Part shown: in pieces, positions 9,150-20,968 of the stretch
How positions within the stretch are numbered: the stretch's first letter is position 1
Layout of the letters: each line of letters starts with the position of its first letter
Assembly: GCA_963722825.1 (NCBI GenBank)
Contig: CAVROI010000003.1
Span: 1,879,764 to 1,943,763 of the forward strand
Origin: an uncultured Gemmatimonadales bacterium
GTDB taxonomy: Bacteria > Gemmatimonadota > Gemmatimonadetes > Gemmatimonadales > GWC2-71-9
DNA length: 64,000 nt
Direction: 5' to 3'
Position numbers and translations under genes: made by a program
Notes under the pieces: generated by a model
Seen by the model: the letters and a program-made list of their open reading frames with translations, nothing else
Told to the model about the DNA's origin: nothing
The model's database searches: none

Positions 9150-10521
9150 GGAGCGCGGAAGCCAGAGTGGGGTCGTCGAGGGCCTCGCCCTGGGTGCGAA
9201 TGACTTCGGCGTAATAGTGCGCGCTGCCCTTCAGGGTGCGCTGCTGGGTAGCGTAGTCCACGTGGATCAGGCCGAAGCGCTTGGCATACCCGAGGCTCCA
9301 CTCGAAGTTGTCCAGCAGCGACCAGGCGAAGTACCCACGAAGGTCTACGCCACGGCACAGCGCCTCGAAGGCCGCACGCAGGTGCTCGCGGTAGTAGTGA
9401 ATCCGCAGAGGATCGTCCACCCGGCCGTCGAGGGCCGACGGCGGATCGTAGAACGCGGCACCGTTCTCGGTGATGTACAGCGGCAGGCGGCCGTAGCGAC
9501 CGGTCACCCACAGCAGCGCGTCGGTCAGCGCGGTCGGATACACTTCCCATCCGGTTTCGGTGAGAGCGTGGCGGGGCTGAGGAACGCCGCCCGCGCGGAC
9601 TGGCCACCGTGTGTCGTCGCGCCGGGTGACGTTTCGCGTGTAGTAGTTGATCCCGAGGAAGTCGATCGGCTGGCGGATGAGCTTGAAATCCTCTTCCGGA
9701 TGCGAAGGCCACGCCTCACCAAATATCTCCGCCAGCTCGACGGGGTAGCGCCCGAGAAAGACCGGATCGAGGTACTGGCGGTTCATGTAGGCGTCGGCGT
9801 GAGCGGTGGCGGCGAGGTCGTCGGCGGACTGCGAGGCGGGATACTTCGGCTCGAGATTCACCACCAGTCCGATCCGGCCCGTCCCTTCCGTCCGGTACGC
9901 CTGGACCGCGGCGCCGTGGGCGCGAAGCAGGTTATGCGAAGCGATCGGGGTCTCGAACAGGTTGCGATGGCCCGGCGCCAGCGTTCCGCGGAGGTAGCCC
10001 CCGTCCGTGATGACCCAGGGCTCGTTGAGCGTCGCCCACATCGGCACCCGATCGGCGAGGGCACGGTAGGCCACCGTTGCGTATTCGGCGAACCAGTGGG
10101 CGATGTCGGGATTGAGCCATCCCCCTCGGTCATCCAGCTCGGCGGGGAGGTCCCAGTGATAGAGCGTCACCACCGGCAGAATGCCGCGGCCCAGCAGCTC
10201 GTCGACGAGACGATCGTAAAAGTCCAGGCCGGCCCGATTCACCGGGCCGCGTCCCGAGGGGAGCACCCGGCTCCAGGCGATGCTGAAGCGGTAGGCGTTG
10301 AGGCCGAGCTCCGCCATGAGCCGGACATCTTCGCGGTAACGGCGGTAATGGTCGCACGCGACCTCAGCCGTGTCGCCGCTGGGCGTGAGCCCCGGGGTGT
10401 GGACGAACCGCTGCCATATGCCCGGGCCGGCGCCGTCGGCGAGGGGCGAGCCTTCGATCTGGTAGGCCGACGTGGCGGCGCCCCAGAGGAAATGCTCGGG
10501 GAAGCGGGTCGGGTCACCCAT
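9085..10521 (-). CDS. Glycoside hydrolase family 1 beta-glucosidase
   Basis: FLWGAATSAYQIEG is near the N-terminus. TLNEPW is the acid/base motif and YITENGAA is the nucleophile motif. The 3' end overlaps the convergent permease gene by 65 nt. Confidence 0.9.
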   Translation of the reverse strand: MGDPTRFPEHFLWGAATSAYQIEGSPLADGAGPGIWQRFVHTPGLTPSGDTAEVACDHYRRYREDVRLMAELGLNAYRFSIAWSRVLPSGRGPVNRAGLDFYDRLVDELLGRGILPVVTLYHWDLPAELDDRGGWLNPDIAHWFAEYATVAYRALADRVPMWATLNEPWVITDGGYLRGTLAPGHRNLFETPIASHNLLRAHGAAVQAYRTEGTGRIGLVVNLEPKYPASQSADDLAATAHADAYMNRQYLDPVFLGRYPVELAEIFGEAWPSHPEEDFKLIRQPIDFLGINYYTRNVTRRDDTRWPVRAGGVPQPRHALTETGWEVYPTALTDALLWVTGRYGRLPLYITENGAAFYDPPSALDGRVDDPLRIHYYREHLRAAFEALCRGVDLRGYFAWSLLDNFEWSLGYAKRFGLIHVDYATQQRTLKGSAHYYAEVIRTQGEALDDPTLASALLTPSRSPPSPPRRRSAAGGER

Positions 10522-10538
10522 GGCTTCGGGGAATCCTC

Positions 10539-11645
10539 ATGGCAAGTGTAGAGCTCTCCGGGGTCCGAAAAATATACGAGGGGCGAGGCGGCACGCACCT
10601 GGCCGTTCGCGATCTCGACCTGCGGATCACCGACGGCGAATTCGTGGTGCTGGTTGGGCCATCGGGGTGCGGCAAGAGCACGACGCTCCGCATGATCGCG
10701 GGCCTCGAGACGATCTCCGCCGGCGAGCTCCGGATCGGCGGACGCCTCGTCAACGACGTCCCGGCGAGCGAGCGAGACATCGCCATGGTGTTCCAGAACT
10801 ATGCCCTCTATCCCCATATGACGGCGCACGAGAACCTCGCCTTCGCCCTGAAGCTGAGGAAGCTGTCGCGCGAGGAGATCGAGCGCCGGGTGCGCGATGC
10901 CGCGGACATCCTGGGCATCGAGCCACTCCTCCAACGCCGGCCGAAGCAGATGTCCGGGGGCGAGCGCCAACGTGTTGCGCTCGGTCGCGCCATCGTCCGC
11001 CAGCCGCGGGTCTTTCTCTTCGACGAGCCGCTCTCCAACCTCGATGCCAAGCTCAGAGTGCAGATGCGGCGCGAGATCGCCCGTCTCCACCGGCAGCTCG
11101 GCACCACGATGATCTACGTGACGCACGATCAGGTCGAGGCGATGACGCTGGGCGACAGGATCGTCGTGCTCCACCGGGGCACGTCGCAGCAGGTGGATAC
11201 GCCAACGGCGCTCTACGAGCGTCCCGGTAACACTTTCGTTGCCGGCTTCATCGGCGCGCCTCCGATGAACCTGATCGACGGCCGGGTCCGGGCCGGCCGC
11301 TTCGAAGCGCCAGGGTTCGCACTCGATCTCGGCGGACACTGGCGGGAGAAACGGCCCGGCCTGGATGGACGATCGGTCGTGCTCGGTATCCGCCCTGAGG
11401 ATATGCGACCCGTGGAAGGAGTCGCCGATCCAGCCTCGGTCATCCTGGCCCGCGTGGAGCTCGTCGAGCTGCTGGGCGGCGAGGCGCTGGTGCACATGAG
11501 GGTGAACGGGAACGAGCTGACGGCGCGAATCCCGTCGCCGCAGCCAGTCGCCGGGGAGGAGGTGCGGCTGCTGGTGCGTCCCGATCGAGTGCACCTCTTC
11601 GACGCGGCGACGGGGGACCGGATCGAAGGGTCCGGGCCGACGTGA
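10539..11645 (+). CDS. Sugar ABC transporter ATP-binding protein (MalK/UgpC/MsiK-like)
   Basis: Walker A is GPSGCGKST, the signature is LSGGERQRVALGRA and Walker B is VFLFDEPLS. A C-terminal TOBE-like regulatory domain is present. Confidence 0.9.
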   Translation: MASVELSGVRKIYEGRGGTHLAVRDLDLRITDGEFVVLVGPSGCGKSTTLRMIAGLETISAGELRIGGRLVNDVPASERDIAMVFQNYALYPHMTAHENLAFALKLRKLSREEIERRVRDAADILGIEPLLQRRPKQMSGGERQRVALGRAIVRQPRVFLFDEPLSNLDAKLRVQMRREIARLHRQLGTTMIYVTHDQVEAMTLGDRIVVLHRGTSQQVDTPTALYERPGNTFVAGFIGAPPMNLIDGRVRAGRFEAPGFALDLGGHWREKRPGLDGRSVVLGIRPEDMRPVEGVADPASVILARVELVELLGGEALVHMRVNGNELTARIPSPQPVAGEEVRLLVRPDRVHLFDAATGDRIEGSGPT

Positions 11646-11667
11646 TCGTCCCACCTCGCGCATATCA

Positions 11668-12129
11668 GTGCCCCTCAACCGGCGAAATGGATTGCGGCGC
11701 GCGAGGAGGCCTTCGCTACTCTCGTGCATGCGCGAGCCCCGGAGGTTCGTTCCCATCGCCGAGTGGGAGGACGCACGGCAGCGGCGCGGACTGGCGGGCG
11801 AACGGGCGGCCCTGGCCTACCTCACTGCTTGTGGTTGGGACATCGAAGCCCATCGGTACCGATGGGGCCGGCACGATCTCGATCTCGTGGCCCGGCGGGA
11901 TCGGCTGGTCGCGTTCGTCGAGGTCAAGACACGGCGCTCCCTCGCCTGCGGTACGCCGGTGGAATCGGTCGGATGGCGCAAACGCCGCATCATTGGACGG
12001 ATTGGTGAACTCTGGCGGCTTCGCCATGGCCGGCCGGACGACGAGTACCGGTTCGACCTGGTGGCCATCCGGGAGCTGGCCCGCGGGCGGTACGACATCG
12101 AGCATATCGCGGATGCATGGCACTTGTGA
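11668..12129 (+). CDS. yraN: YraN-family (UPF0102) endonuclease-like protein
   Basis: GERAALAYLTACGWDIEAHRYRWGRHDLDLVARRDRLVAFVEVKTRR is the typical YraN core. The start is uncertain. The ATG at 11728 would give about 133 aa, closer to the usual family length. Confidence 0.7.
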   Translation: MPLNRRNGLRRARRPSLLSCMREPRRFVPIAEWEDARQRRGLAGERAALAYLTACGWDIEAHRYRWGRHDLDLVARRDRLVAFVEVKTRRSLACGTPVESVGWRKRRIIGRIGELWRLRHGRPDDEYRFDLVAIRELARGRYDIEHIADAWHL

Positions 12130-12237
12130 CTGAAAATCATCCACTACTGTACTATTGCTTCGGAGAACCTTCGGTTATAGATTGGTCCACGATATTGAAG
12201 TGTAGCAAAATCGGTCACTCCAATACAGAGGAAGCCC

Positions 12238-13287
12238 ATGCCCCCCGATGAATCCCGACTCGAGGCCGACCGCCGCAAAGCCCTCGGGCTCGCCATCTCC
12301 CAGATCGAGAAGCAGCTCGGCAAGGGCTCCATCATGCGGATGGGCAGCGATTCACCCCGGGTCAAAGTGGCCGCCATTTCCACCGGCGCCATCAACCTCG
12401 ATGCCGCCACCGGTGTCGGCGGCGTTCCTCGGGGGCGCATCACCGAGATCTACGGACCCGAGTCCTCCGGCAAAACCACCCTCACGCTCCATCTCGCCGC
12501 TAACGTGCAGAAGACCGGTGGGGTAGCGGCGTATGTGGATGCCGAGCACGCGCTCGACATCGATTACGCCAAGAAGCTCGGCGTCAACATCGAAGATCTG
12601 CTCGTTTCCCAACCCGATACCGGCGAGCAGGCGCTCGAGATCGTGGAAATCCTCGTCCGCTCCGGCGCCGTCGATCTGATCGTCATCGACTCGGTGGCCG
12701 CGCTCGTGCCCAAGGCCGAAATCGAAGGCGATATGGGCGACAGCCACGTCGGCCTCCAGGCACGGCTCATGAGCCAGGCGCTCCGAAAGCTGGCCGGCGC
12801 CATCAACCGGTCCAACTGCGCGGTGGTTTTCATCAACCAGCTTCGCGAGAAAATCGGCGTCATGTTCGGCAATCCGGAAACCACCACCGGCGGCAAGGCG
12901 CTCAAGTTCTACGCCTCGCTCCGGCTCGACATCCGGCGCATCGGCCCGGTCAAGGAGCGTGAAACCGTCATCGGCAATCACGTGCGGGTCAAGGTGGTCA
13001 AGAACAAGGTCGCGCCGCCGTTCCGGCAGGCGGAGTTCGACGTGATGTTCGACGAGGGCATCAGCCATACGTCGCTGCTGGTGGATCTCGCCTCCGAAGC
13101 GGGCATCATCCAGAAGTCGGGCGCCTGGTACTCCTACGGCGATCAGCGCATCGGACAGGGCCGGGAAAACGCCAAGCTCTTCCTCCGCGATAACCCACCG
13201 CTCCTGGCTGAGGTCGAGGTCAAAGTGAAGGAGCTCCTCGGTGTGCATGCCGCGGCGGGTGCGGGCGCCGGCGGGGACGACGAGTGA
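12238..13287 (+). CDS. recA: Recombinase RecA
   Basis: Unmistakable RecA sequence: Walker [18 protein letters not shown], and the loops [19 protein letters not shown] and [30 protein letters not shown] lies upstream of the ATG. Confidence 0.98.
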   Translation: MPPDESRLEADRRKALGLAISQIEKQLGKGSIMRMGSDSPRVKVAAISTGAINLDAATGVGGVPRGRITEIYGPESSGKTTLTLHLAANVQKTGGVAAYVDAEHALDIDYAKKLGVNIEDLLVSQPDTGEQALEIVEILVRSGAVDLIVIDSVAALVPKAEIEGDMGDSHVGLQARLMSQALRKLAGAINRSNCAVVFINQLREKIGVMFGNPETTTGGKALKFYASLRLDIRRIGPVKERETVIGNHVRVKVVKNKVAPPFRQAEFDVMFDEGISHTSLLVDLASEAGIIQKSGAWYSYGDQRIGQGRENAKLFLRDNPPLLAEVEVKVKELLGVHAAAGAGAGGDDE

Positions 13288-13916
13288 GCGTTCCGCGCAT
13301 CACCGCGCTCGAGCCCGATCCAAGGCGATCGGGCACGATCCAGATCGAGATCGATGGCCAGAGGTTTGGCGCGGTGCCGGTCGACGTTGCCGGGTCGGTG
13401 GGGCTCGAGCGCGGCGCCGTGGTGAGCCCTGAGGTCCGGGAGCGGCTCGTGGCCGCGGCCGACGCGGAGGCCGCGTTTCGCACGGCGCTCCGAGCACTGG
13501 AGCGGCGGGCGTTCGCGCGCTCCGATTTGGCGCGCCGGCTGCGGCGGAAGGGTCATCCCAACGACGCCGTGGAGTCGGCTCTCGAGCATGCTGCCATGAT
13601 GGGCCTCATCGACGACGCCGCGTTTGCGCTCAACTATGTCCAGACCCGGACCGCGCGGGGGCGGGGTCCCTCGAGGCTGGTTACCGATCTGATGGCCATG
13701 GGGGTCGAACGCTCGCTGATCGACCGGGCCATCGCCGCCGAGTGGACCGAAGGCGCCGAGCATGCGGCCATCCCGCAGGCACTCGCCGAAGCGCGGGCGG
13801 CCCGGCTCGGCGGCCTCCCCCGGCCGGTGCGGCGCCGGAGGCTGCTCGCGTACCTGGCCCGCCGGGGGTTCGCCGGACGGGACATCACCGACATGGTGGC
13901 CCGTCTCGTCGGCTGA
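13284..13916 (+). CDS. recX: RecA regulator RecX
   Basis: The start overlaps the recA stop (GTGA). The sequence is helical-repeat and Arg/Ala-rich, with the typical [19 protein letters not shown] and AAFALNYV segments. Confidence 0.85.
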   Translation: MSVPRITALEPDPRRSGTIQIEIDGQRFGAVPVDVAGSVGLERGAVVSPEVRERLVAAADAEAAFRTALRALERRAFARSDLARRLRRKGHPNDAVESALEHAAMMGLIDDAAFALNYVQTRTARGRGPSRLVTDLMAMGVERSLIDRAIAAEWTEGAEHAAIPQALAEARAARLGGLPRPVRRRRLLAYLARRGFAGRDITDMVARLVG

Positions 13917-14030
13917 CACCACCGACTCACCCTGCCGCCTCTGTCCGTCGGTGCATTGACGGCCGGCTCCCCGACCCCCATATAGATCCATCCCATCAAA
14001 CGTCCAGGCACCGCCAGGCAGGAGGCATCC

Positions 14031-14489
14031 GTGCCGGCCATTTCGCTCGTCGTCAACGGGAAACGTCACACTGTCTCGGCCGACCCGGAGATGCCGCTTC
14101 TCTGGGTCCTCCGCGACGTCATGGGACTGACGGGGACGAAGTTCGGATGCGGGATCGCCCAGTGCGGCGCCTGCACCGTGCACCTCGACGGCAAGCCGGT
14201 GCGCTCCTGCTCCGTGCCCCTCTCGGTCGCCGCCGGCAAACAGGTGACGACCATCGAAGGGCTCTCGCACGGCCGGACCCACGCGCTGCAGCGCGCGTGG
14301 ATCGAGCTCGACGTGCCGCAGTGCGGCTACTGCCAGTCCGGCCAGCTCATGTCGGCCGCGGCGCTGCTCGCGCGCATTCCCTCGCCGACCGATGCCGACA
14401 TCGATGCGGCCATGGACGGCAACATCTGTCGCTGCGGCACCTATCAGCGGGTGCGGGCCGCGATCCACCGCGCCGCCGGAGAGGCCTGA
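14031..14489 (+). CDS. (2Fe-2S)-binding small subunit of a molybdopterin (aldehyde/isoquinoline-type) oxidoreductase
   Basis: Two Cys clusters, [12 protein letters not shown] and QCGYCQSGQ...CRCGTY. AGGAGG lies upstream of the GTG start. Confidence 0.9.
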   Translation: MPAISLVVNGKRHTVSADPEMPLLWVLRDVMGLTGTKFGCGIAQCGACTVHLDGKPVRSCSVPLSVAAGKQVTTIEGLSHGRTHALQRAWIELDVPQCGYCQSGQLMSAAALLARIPSPTDADIDAAMDGNICRCGTYQRVRAAIHRAAGEA

Positions 14490-14490
14490 C

Positions 14491-16665
14491 ATGTCTTCGG
14501 ACGTCAGCCGTCGCGAGTTCGTGAAGGCCGGCGTGGCCGTGTCCGGCCTCGTCGTTGCCTTGCAGCTGCCGGCATACGCACGTACAGCCGCCGGCGCCCT
14601 CGCGCGCCGTGGGTCCGTCCTGTCACCCAGCCCCTTTCTCCAGGTCGCGCCCGACGGCAGCGTCACGTTCTGGCTCGCCAGATCGGAAATGGGACAGGGG
14701 GTCTCATCGACGCTGCCGATGATCATCGCCGAGGAGCTCGAGGTCCCGGTCGAGTCGGTCCGGATCGAACGGGCCAGCGCCGACCCACGGTATGGTGAGC
14801 AGGCCACCGGAGGCAGCTCCAGCGTGAGCAGCTTGTGGCAGCCGCTCCGCCAGGCCGGCGCACAGGCGCGTGAGATGCTGATCGGCGCGGCGGCGCGGAC
14901 CTGGGGCGTGCCGGCGGCCGAGTGCGTCGCGCGGCAGGGAACAGTCCGGCACGAGGCGTCGAAGCGTCAGCTGCCGTACGGTGCGCTCGTGGCTGTCGCC
15001 GCGGCCCTCAAGGTCCCGACGGACCCGGCGCTCAAGGACCCGAAGTCGTTCCGGCTCCTCGGCCGGCCCTCACGGCGCCTCGACACGCCGCCCAAGGTGG
15101 ACGGCACGGCCCGTTACGGCATCGATGTCCGGCTCCCCGGCATGGTCTACGCCTGCGTCGCACGCTGCCCGGTCTTCGGCCGCCCTCTCACGGGGTACGA
15201 CGCGGCGCAGGCGCGCGCCGTGCCCGGCGTGCTCGATGTCGTGTCGCTCGAGGCCGGTGAGCTCACGGTGGGCGACATGTGGAAATACGATCTGCCCGGA
15301 GCGGTTGCCGTCGTGGCCGAGAACAGCTGGGCCGCCATGCGCGGGTGCAAGGCGCTGGATTGCAAGTGGGAGCCGGCTGGCGGCGTGGACAGCGAGCAGC
15401 TCGCCAGGATCTTCCGCGACCGCTCCACTCAGAGCGGAACCCTCGGCCGCAACGACGGCGATGCCGAGACCTCCCTGCGGCAGGCGGCGAAGGTCGTGGA
15501 GGCCACCTACGATGTGCCGTTCCTGGCTCACGCCACCATGGAGCCGATGAACTGCACGGCGCACGTCCGCGGCGGCCGGTGCGACGTCTATGCCCCGACA
15601 CAGTCCGCCAGCGATGTCCAGCGCCTGGCCGAAGCCCTCACCGGGCTCGACAGCTCGGCGGTGGAGGTGCACACCACGATCATGGGTGGCGGCTTCGGGC
15701 GGCGGTTCGAGATGGACTGGGTCATCGACTCGATCCGTGTCTCCAAGGCGCTGAGCCGCCCGGTTCAGGTCGTCTGGACGCGTGAGAACGACATGCAGCA
15801 CGACAACTACCGGCCGGCGAGTCATCACGTGCTGCGGGGCGGTCTCGACTCGGCGGGAAAGCTCGTCGCGTGGACCCACCGTGTGGTGGCACCGTCCATC
15901 ATCGCGTGGCACGCCCCGTCCGTCCTTCCGCCCAGCTCGGCGGCGGCCACCAGCGAAGCCCTCGATGGGGCGGCAGATCTGGCCTACGAAATCCCGAACA
16001 TGCGGGTGGACTACTGTCCCGTGACGACCCCGGTGCCGGTCGGCTGGTGGCGGTCGGTGTTCGCCTCGCAAACCTGCTTCGCGAACGAGACCTTTCTGGA
16101 CGAGCTTGCCCGTGCCGCCGGCCGCGATCCGCTCGAGATCCGTCGGGAGTTACTCGCGGGCTCGCCGCGGCACCTCGCCGTCCTCGAGCTGGCCGCTGCA
16201 AGGGCCGGCTGGGGCACCCCGCTCCCGGCGGGGCGCGGCCGCGGTATAGCCATCCACAAGTTTTTCAGCGACGCCATCGTCGCCGAGGTGGCCGAGGTGA
16301 CGGTGAGCGACAAGGCCATCCGCGTCGACCGGGTCGTCTGCGCCATCGACTGCGGGCTCGCGCTCAGCCCCGACATCGTCGCCGCGCAAATGGAGGGCGG
16401 TATCGTCTATGCGCTCAGCGCCGCCATGAAGGGGGCCATCACGCTGGAAGGCGGGCGCGTCAAGCAGAGCAACTTCCACGACTATCAGGTGCTCCGGATG
16501 TCGGAGATGCCTCGCGTCGAGGTGCACATCGTGGAGAGCACCGACAGTCCACACGGCGTCGGCGAGCCCGCGGTTCCGCCGCTCGCACCGGCCGTCGCCA
16601 ATGCCGTGGCGATGGCCACCGGCAAACCCGTTCGGCGCCTTCCGCTCATGCCGCCGGCGAGCTAG
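14491..16665 (+). CDS. Molybdopterin-dependent oxidoreductase large subunit (IorB-like), Tat-signal-bearing
   Basis: The ATG at 14491 gives MSSDVSRREFVKAGVAVSGL, which is Tat-like. Xanthine-dehydrogenase-family a/b hammerhead and Mo-binding segments follow (GGGFGRR, GVGEPAVPPLAPAVANAV). The track ORF start at 14392 overlaps the small subunit, so I rejected it. Confidence 0.85.
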   Translation: MSSDVSRREFVKAGVAVSGLVVALQLPAYARTAAGALARRGSVLSPSPFLQVAPDGSVTFWLARSEMGQGVSSTLPMIIAEELEVPVESVRIERASADPRYGEQATGGSSSVSSLWQPLRQAGAQAREMLIGAAARTWGVPAAECVARQGTVRHEASKRQLPYGALVAVAAALKVPTDPALKDPKSFRLLGRPSRRLDTPPKVDGTARYGIDVRLPGMVYACVARCPVFGRPLTGYDAAQARAVPGVLDVVSLEAGELTVGDMWKYDLPGAVAVVAENSWAAMRGCKALDCKWEPAGGVDSEQLARIFRDRSTQSGTLGRNDGDAETSLRQAAKVVEATYDVPFLAHATMEPMNCTAHVRGGRCDVYAPTQSASDVQRLAEALTGLDSSAVEVHTTIMGGGFGRRFEMDWVIDSIRVSKALSRPVQVVWTRENDMQHDNYRPASHHVLRGGLDSAGKLVAWTHRVVAPSIIAWHAPSVLPPSSAAATSEALDGAADLAYEIPNMRVDYCPVTTPVPVGWWRSVFASQTCFANETFLDELARAAGRDPLEIRRELLAGSPRHLAVLELAAARAGWGTPLPAGRGRGIAIHKFFSDAIVAEVAEVTVSDKAIRVDRVVCAIDCGLALSPDIVAAQMEGGIVYALSAAMKGAITLEGGRVKQSNFHDYQVLRMSEMPRVEVHIVESTDSPHGVGEPAVPPLAPAVANAVAMATGKPVRRLPLMPPAS

Positions 16666-16708
16666 CGCCCATGGTCCCTAAGTGGGGACGTCTCTATATT
16701 TTCCCCCC

Positions 16709-19336
<2,628 letters not shown>

Positions 19337-19338
19337 GG

Positions 19339-19638
19339 GTGCTGGCCGACTGGCTCGACCGGCACACCAGTCAGGCCCCCGAGGCGCTCCGCACCCGCGT
19401 TGGCCACCATGCAGCCACTACCGGCCACATCGCTTCGTTACCCGAGGCCCTGGCCGCGGCCGCACAGCGCGCTCTCGATCGGGTGGTCGATCACCCCGGC
19501 GACCGCTCGGTCGCTCTCGATCTTCTGGCCGCCGACGCGCTCGTGACTCTGGCGCTGCTCGCCCAAGCGGAGACGGCTCCCGAGCGGCTCGGCGAGTTCG
19601 CCACCACGGTGCTTCACGCCGGTCGCCCGCCCCAGTGA
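19339..19638 (+). CDS. Hypothetical protein (99 aa)
   Basis: The GTG lies 3 nt after the alaS stop. Third-position GC bias looks coding. The stop overlaps the next start (GTGA at 19635-19638). I recognise no motif. Confidence 0.45.
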   Translation: MLADWLDRHTSQAPEALRTRVGHHAATTGHIASLPEALAAAAQRALDRVVDHPGDRSVALDLLAADALVTLALLAQAETAPERLGEFATTVLHAGRPPQ

Positions 19639-20396
19639 TCGATCTTCACTCCCATCTTCTTCCCGGTGTGGACGACGGTTCCCGATCGGTCGCGCAGTCG
19701 GCCGGGGTGCTGCGGGAAATGGCGCGGGTAGGCGTGACCGATATCTGTCTCACGCCGCACATGCGAGCCGGGGACGCCGTCACCGGGCCCCCCGCCAAGC
19801 ACGAGCGGGCGTTCGAGGAGCTCAAGGCGGAGGCGCCACCGCTTCCCCGGCTCCATCGCGGCGCCGAGGTGATGCTCGATCGCCCGCTGTCGAACGACAC
19901 CGGGCAGATCCGCCGGATCACGCTCGGCGGCACGCGCTATATCCTGGTCGAATTTCCCCGGCTCGTGGCTCTCGGCGCCGTGAGCAACGCGCTCGCCCGC
20001 ATCAAGGAGATGGGCCTGCACGCGATCGTGGCGCACCCGGAGCGCTATAGCTGCTGTACCTCCCGCGCCGTGGAGCGGTGGCGCCATCTCGGCGCGCGGA
20101 TGCAGCTCGATGCGACCACGCTGTTCCGCTCTTCGGCCCGCGGTCAGAGAGTGCGCGAGCTGCTGGAGCATGGGCTCGGTGACATCATCGCGGGCGACAA
20201 TCACGGAGACGGGCGCACGGTGGCGTCCGGCTTCAAGTTCCTCACCGAGCAGGGCGGCATCCAGCAGGCGACGTTGCTGGCGGTGACCAATCCCGGCGCC
20301 ATTCTCGCCGACGAGCCGCTCCTGCCGGTGCCGCCGCTCAGGATCAAGCAGTCGCTCATTCAGCGACTCCGGGTGCTGCTCGAGGGCGAGGAATGA
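19635..20396 (+). CDS. PHP-domain phosphoesterase of the CpsB/YwqE (capsule protein-tyrosine phosphatase) type
   Basis: VIDLHSHLLPGVDDGS is at the N-terminus. It continues ICLTPHM...HPERY...GDNHG, the metal-binding His/Asp pattern of CpsB-like PHP phosphatases. The start is the GTG at 19635 inside the longer track ORF that begins at 19224. Confidence 0.75.
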   Translation: MIDLHSHLLPGVDDGSRSVAQSAGVLREMARVGVTDICLTPHMRAGDAVTGPPAKHERAFEELKAEAPPLPRLHRGAEVMLDRPLSNDTGQIRRITLGGTRYILVEFPRLVALGAVSNALARIKEMGLHAIVAHPERYSCCTSRAVERWRHLGARMQLDATTLFRSSARGQRVRELLEHGLGDIIAGDNHGDGRTVASGFKFLTEQGGIQQATLLAVTNPGAILADEPLLPVPPLRIKQSLIQRLRVLLEGEE

Positions 20397-20968
20397 GTCG
20401 CGCGCGCGTCGAGCGCGAGCTGGACGAGCTGGCGCGCACGGCCGTGGCGAGCAAGTCACTCGCCGATCGGGTGGTGACCGTGGCGGCTCGCTACGCGGTG
20501 GTGCTGCAGGGCGGGGGCACCCTCTTCTTCTGCGGAAACGGCGGCAGCGCGGCCGACGCCCAGCACATCGCGGCCGAATACATCGTCCGCTACGCCGCCA
20601 CCCGCCGCCCACTGGCCGCGGTCGCCCTGACGACCGATACCTCGATCCTCACCGCCGCCGCCAACGATCTCGGATACGAGCAGATCTTCGCCCGCCAGGT
20701 CGAGGCGCTCTGCAATCCCGGCGACCTCCTGGTGCTGCACAGTACGAGCGGTAAGAGCCCGAATCTCCTCGCGGCTGCCCGGGCTGCCCGTGCACGGGGG
20801 GCCGGCAGCGTCGCCTTCCTCGGCGGGGGCACCAATCCCCTCACCGCGCTCGTCGACGACGCGATCGTCGTGCCCTCGGAGGTGGGAGGGCGCGTCCAGG
20901 TGATGCACATGACACTGGAGCATCTGATCGTCGAGCTGGTCGAGGAAGCGCTGCTGCCCACCGCATGA
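20393..20968 (+). CDS. gmhA: D-sedoheptulose-7-phosphate isomerase (SIS domain)
   Basis: LFFCGNGGSAADAQHIAAEY, TDTSILTAAANDLGYEQIFARQ and LVLHSTSGKSPN are typical GmhA segments. ATGA overlaps occur at both ends. Confidence 0.85.
   Translation: MSRARVERELDELARTAVASKSLADRVVTVAARYAVVLQGGGTLFFCGNGGSAADAQHIAAEYIVRYAATRRPLAAVALTTDTSILTAAANDLGYEQIFARQVEALCNPGDLLVLHSTSGKSPNLLAAARAARARGAGSVAFLGGGTNPLTALVDDAIVVPSEVGGRVQVMHMTLEHLIVELVEEALLPTA

Noticed and set aside
10239-11756. A 505-aa minus-strand ORF.
   Set aside because: It is antisense to the ABC ATPase gene, whose Walker A, signature and Walker B motifs are unambiguous on the plus strand.
13143-14807. A 554-aa minus-strand ORF spanning recX and the oxidoreductase genes.
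   Set aside because: It crosses an intergenic promoter region and three well-supported plus-strand genes. It has Arg/Pro/Gly-rich junk composition.
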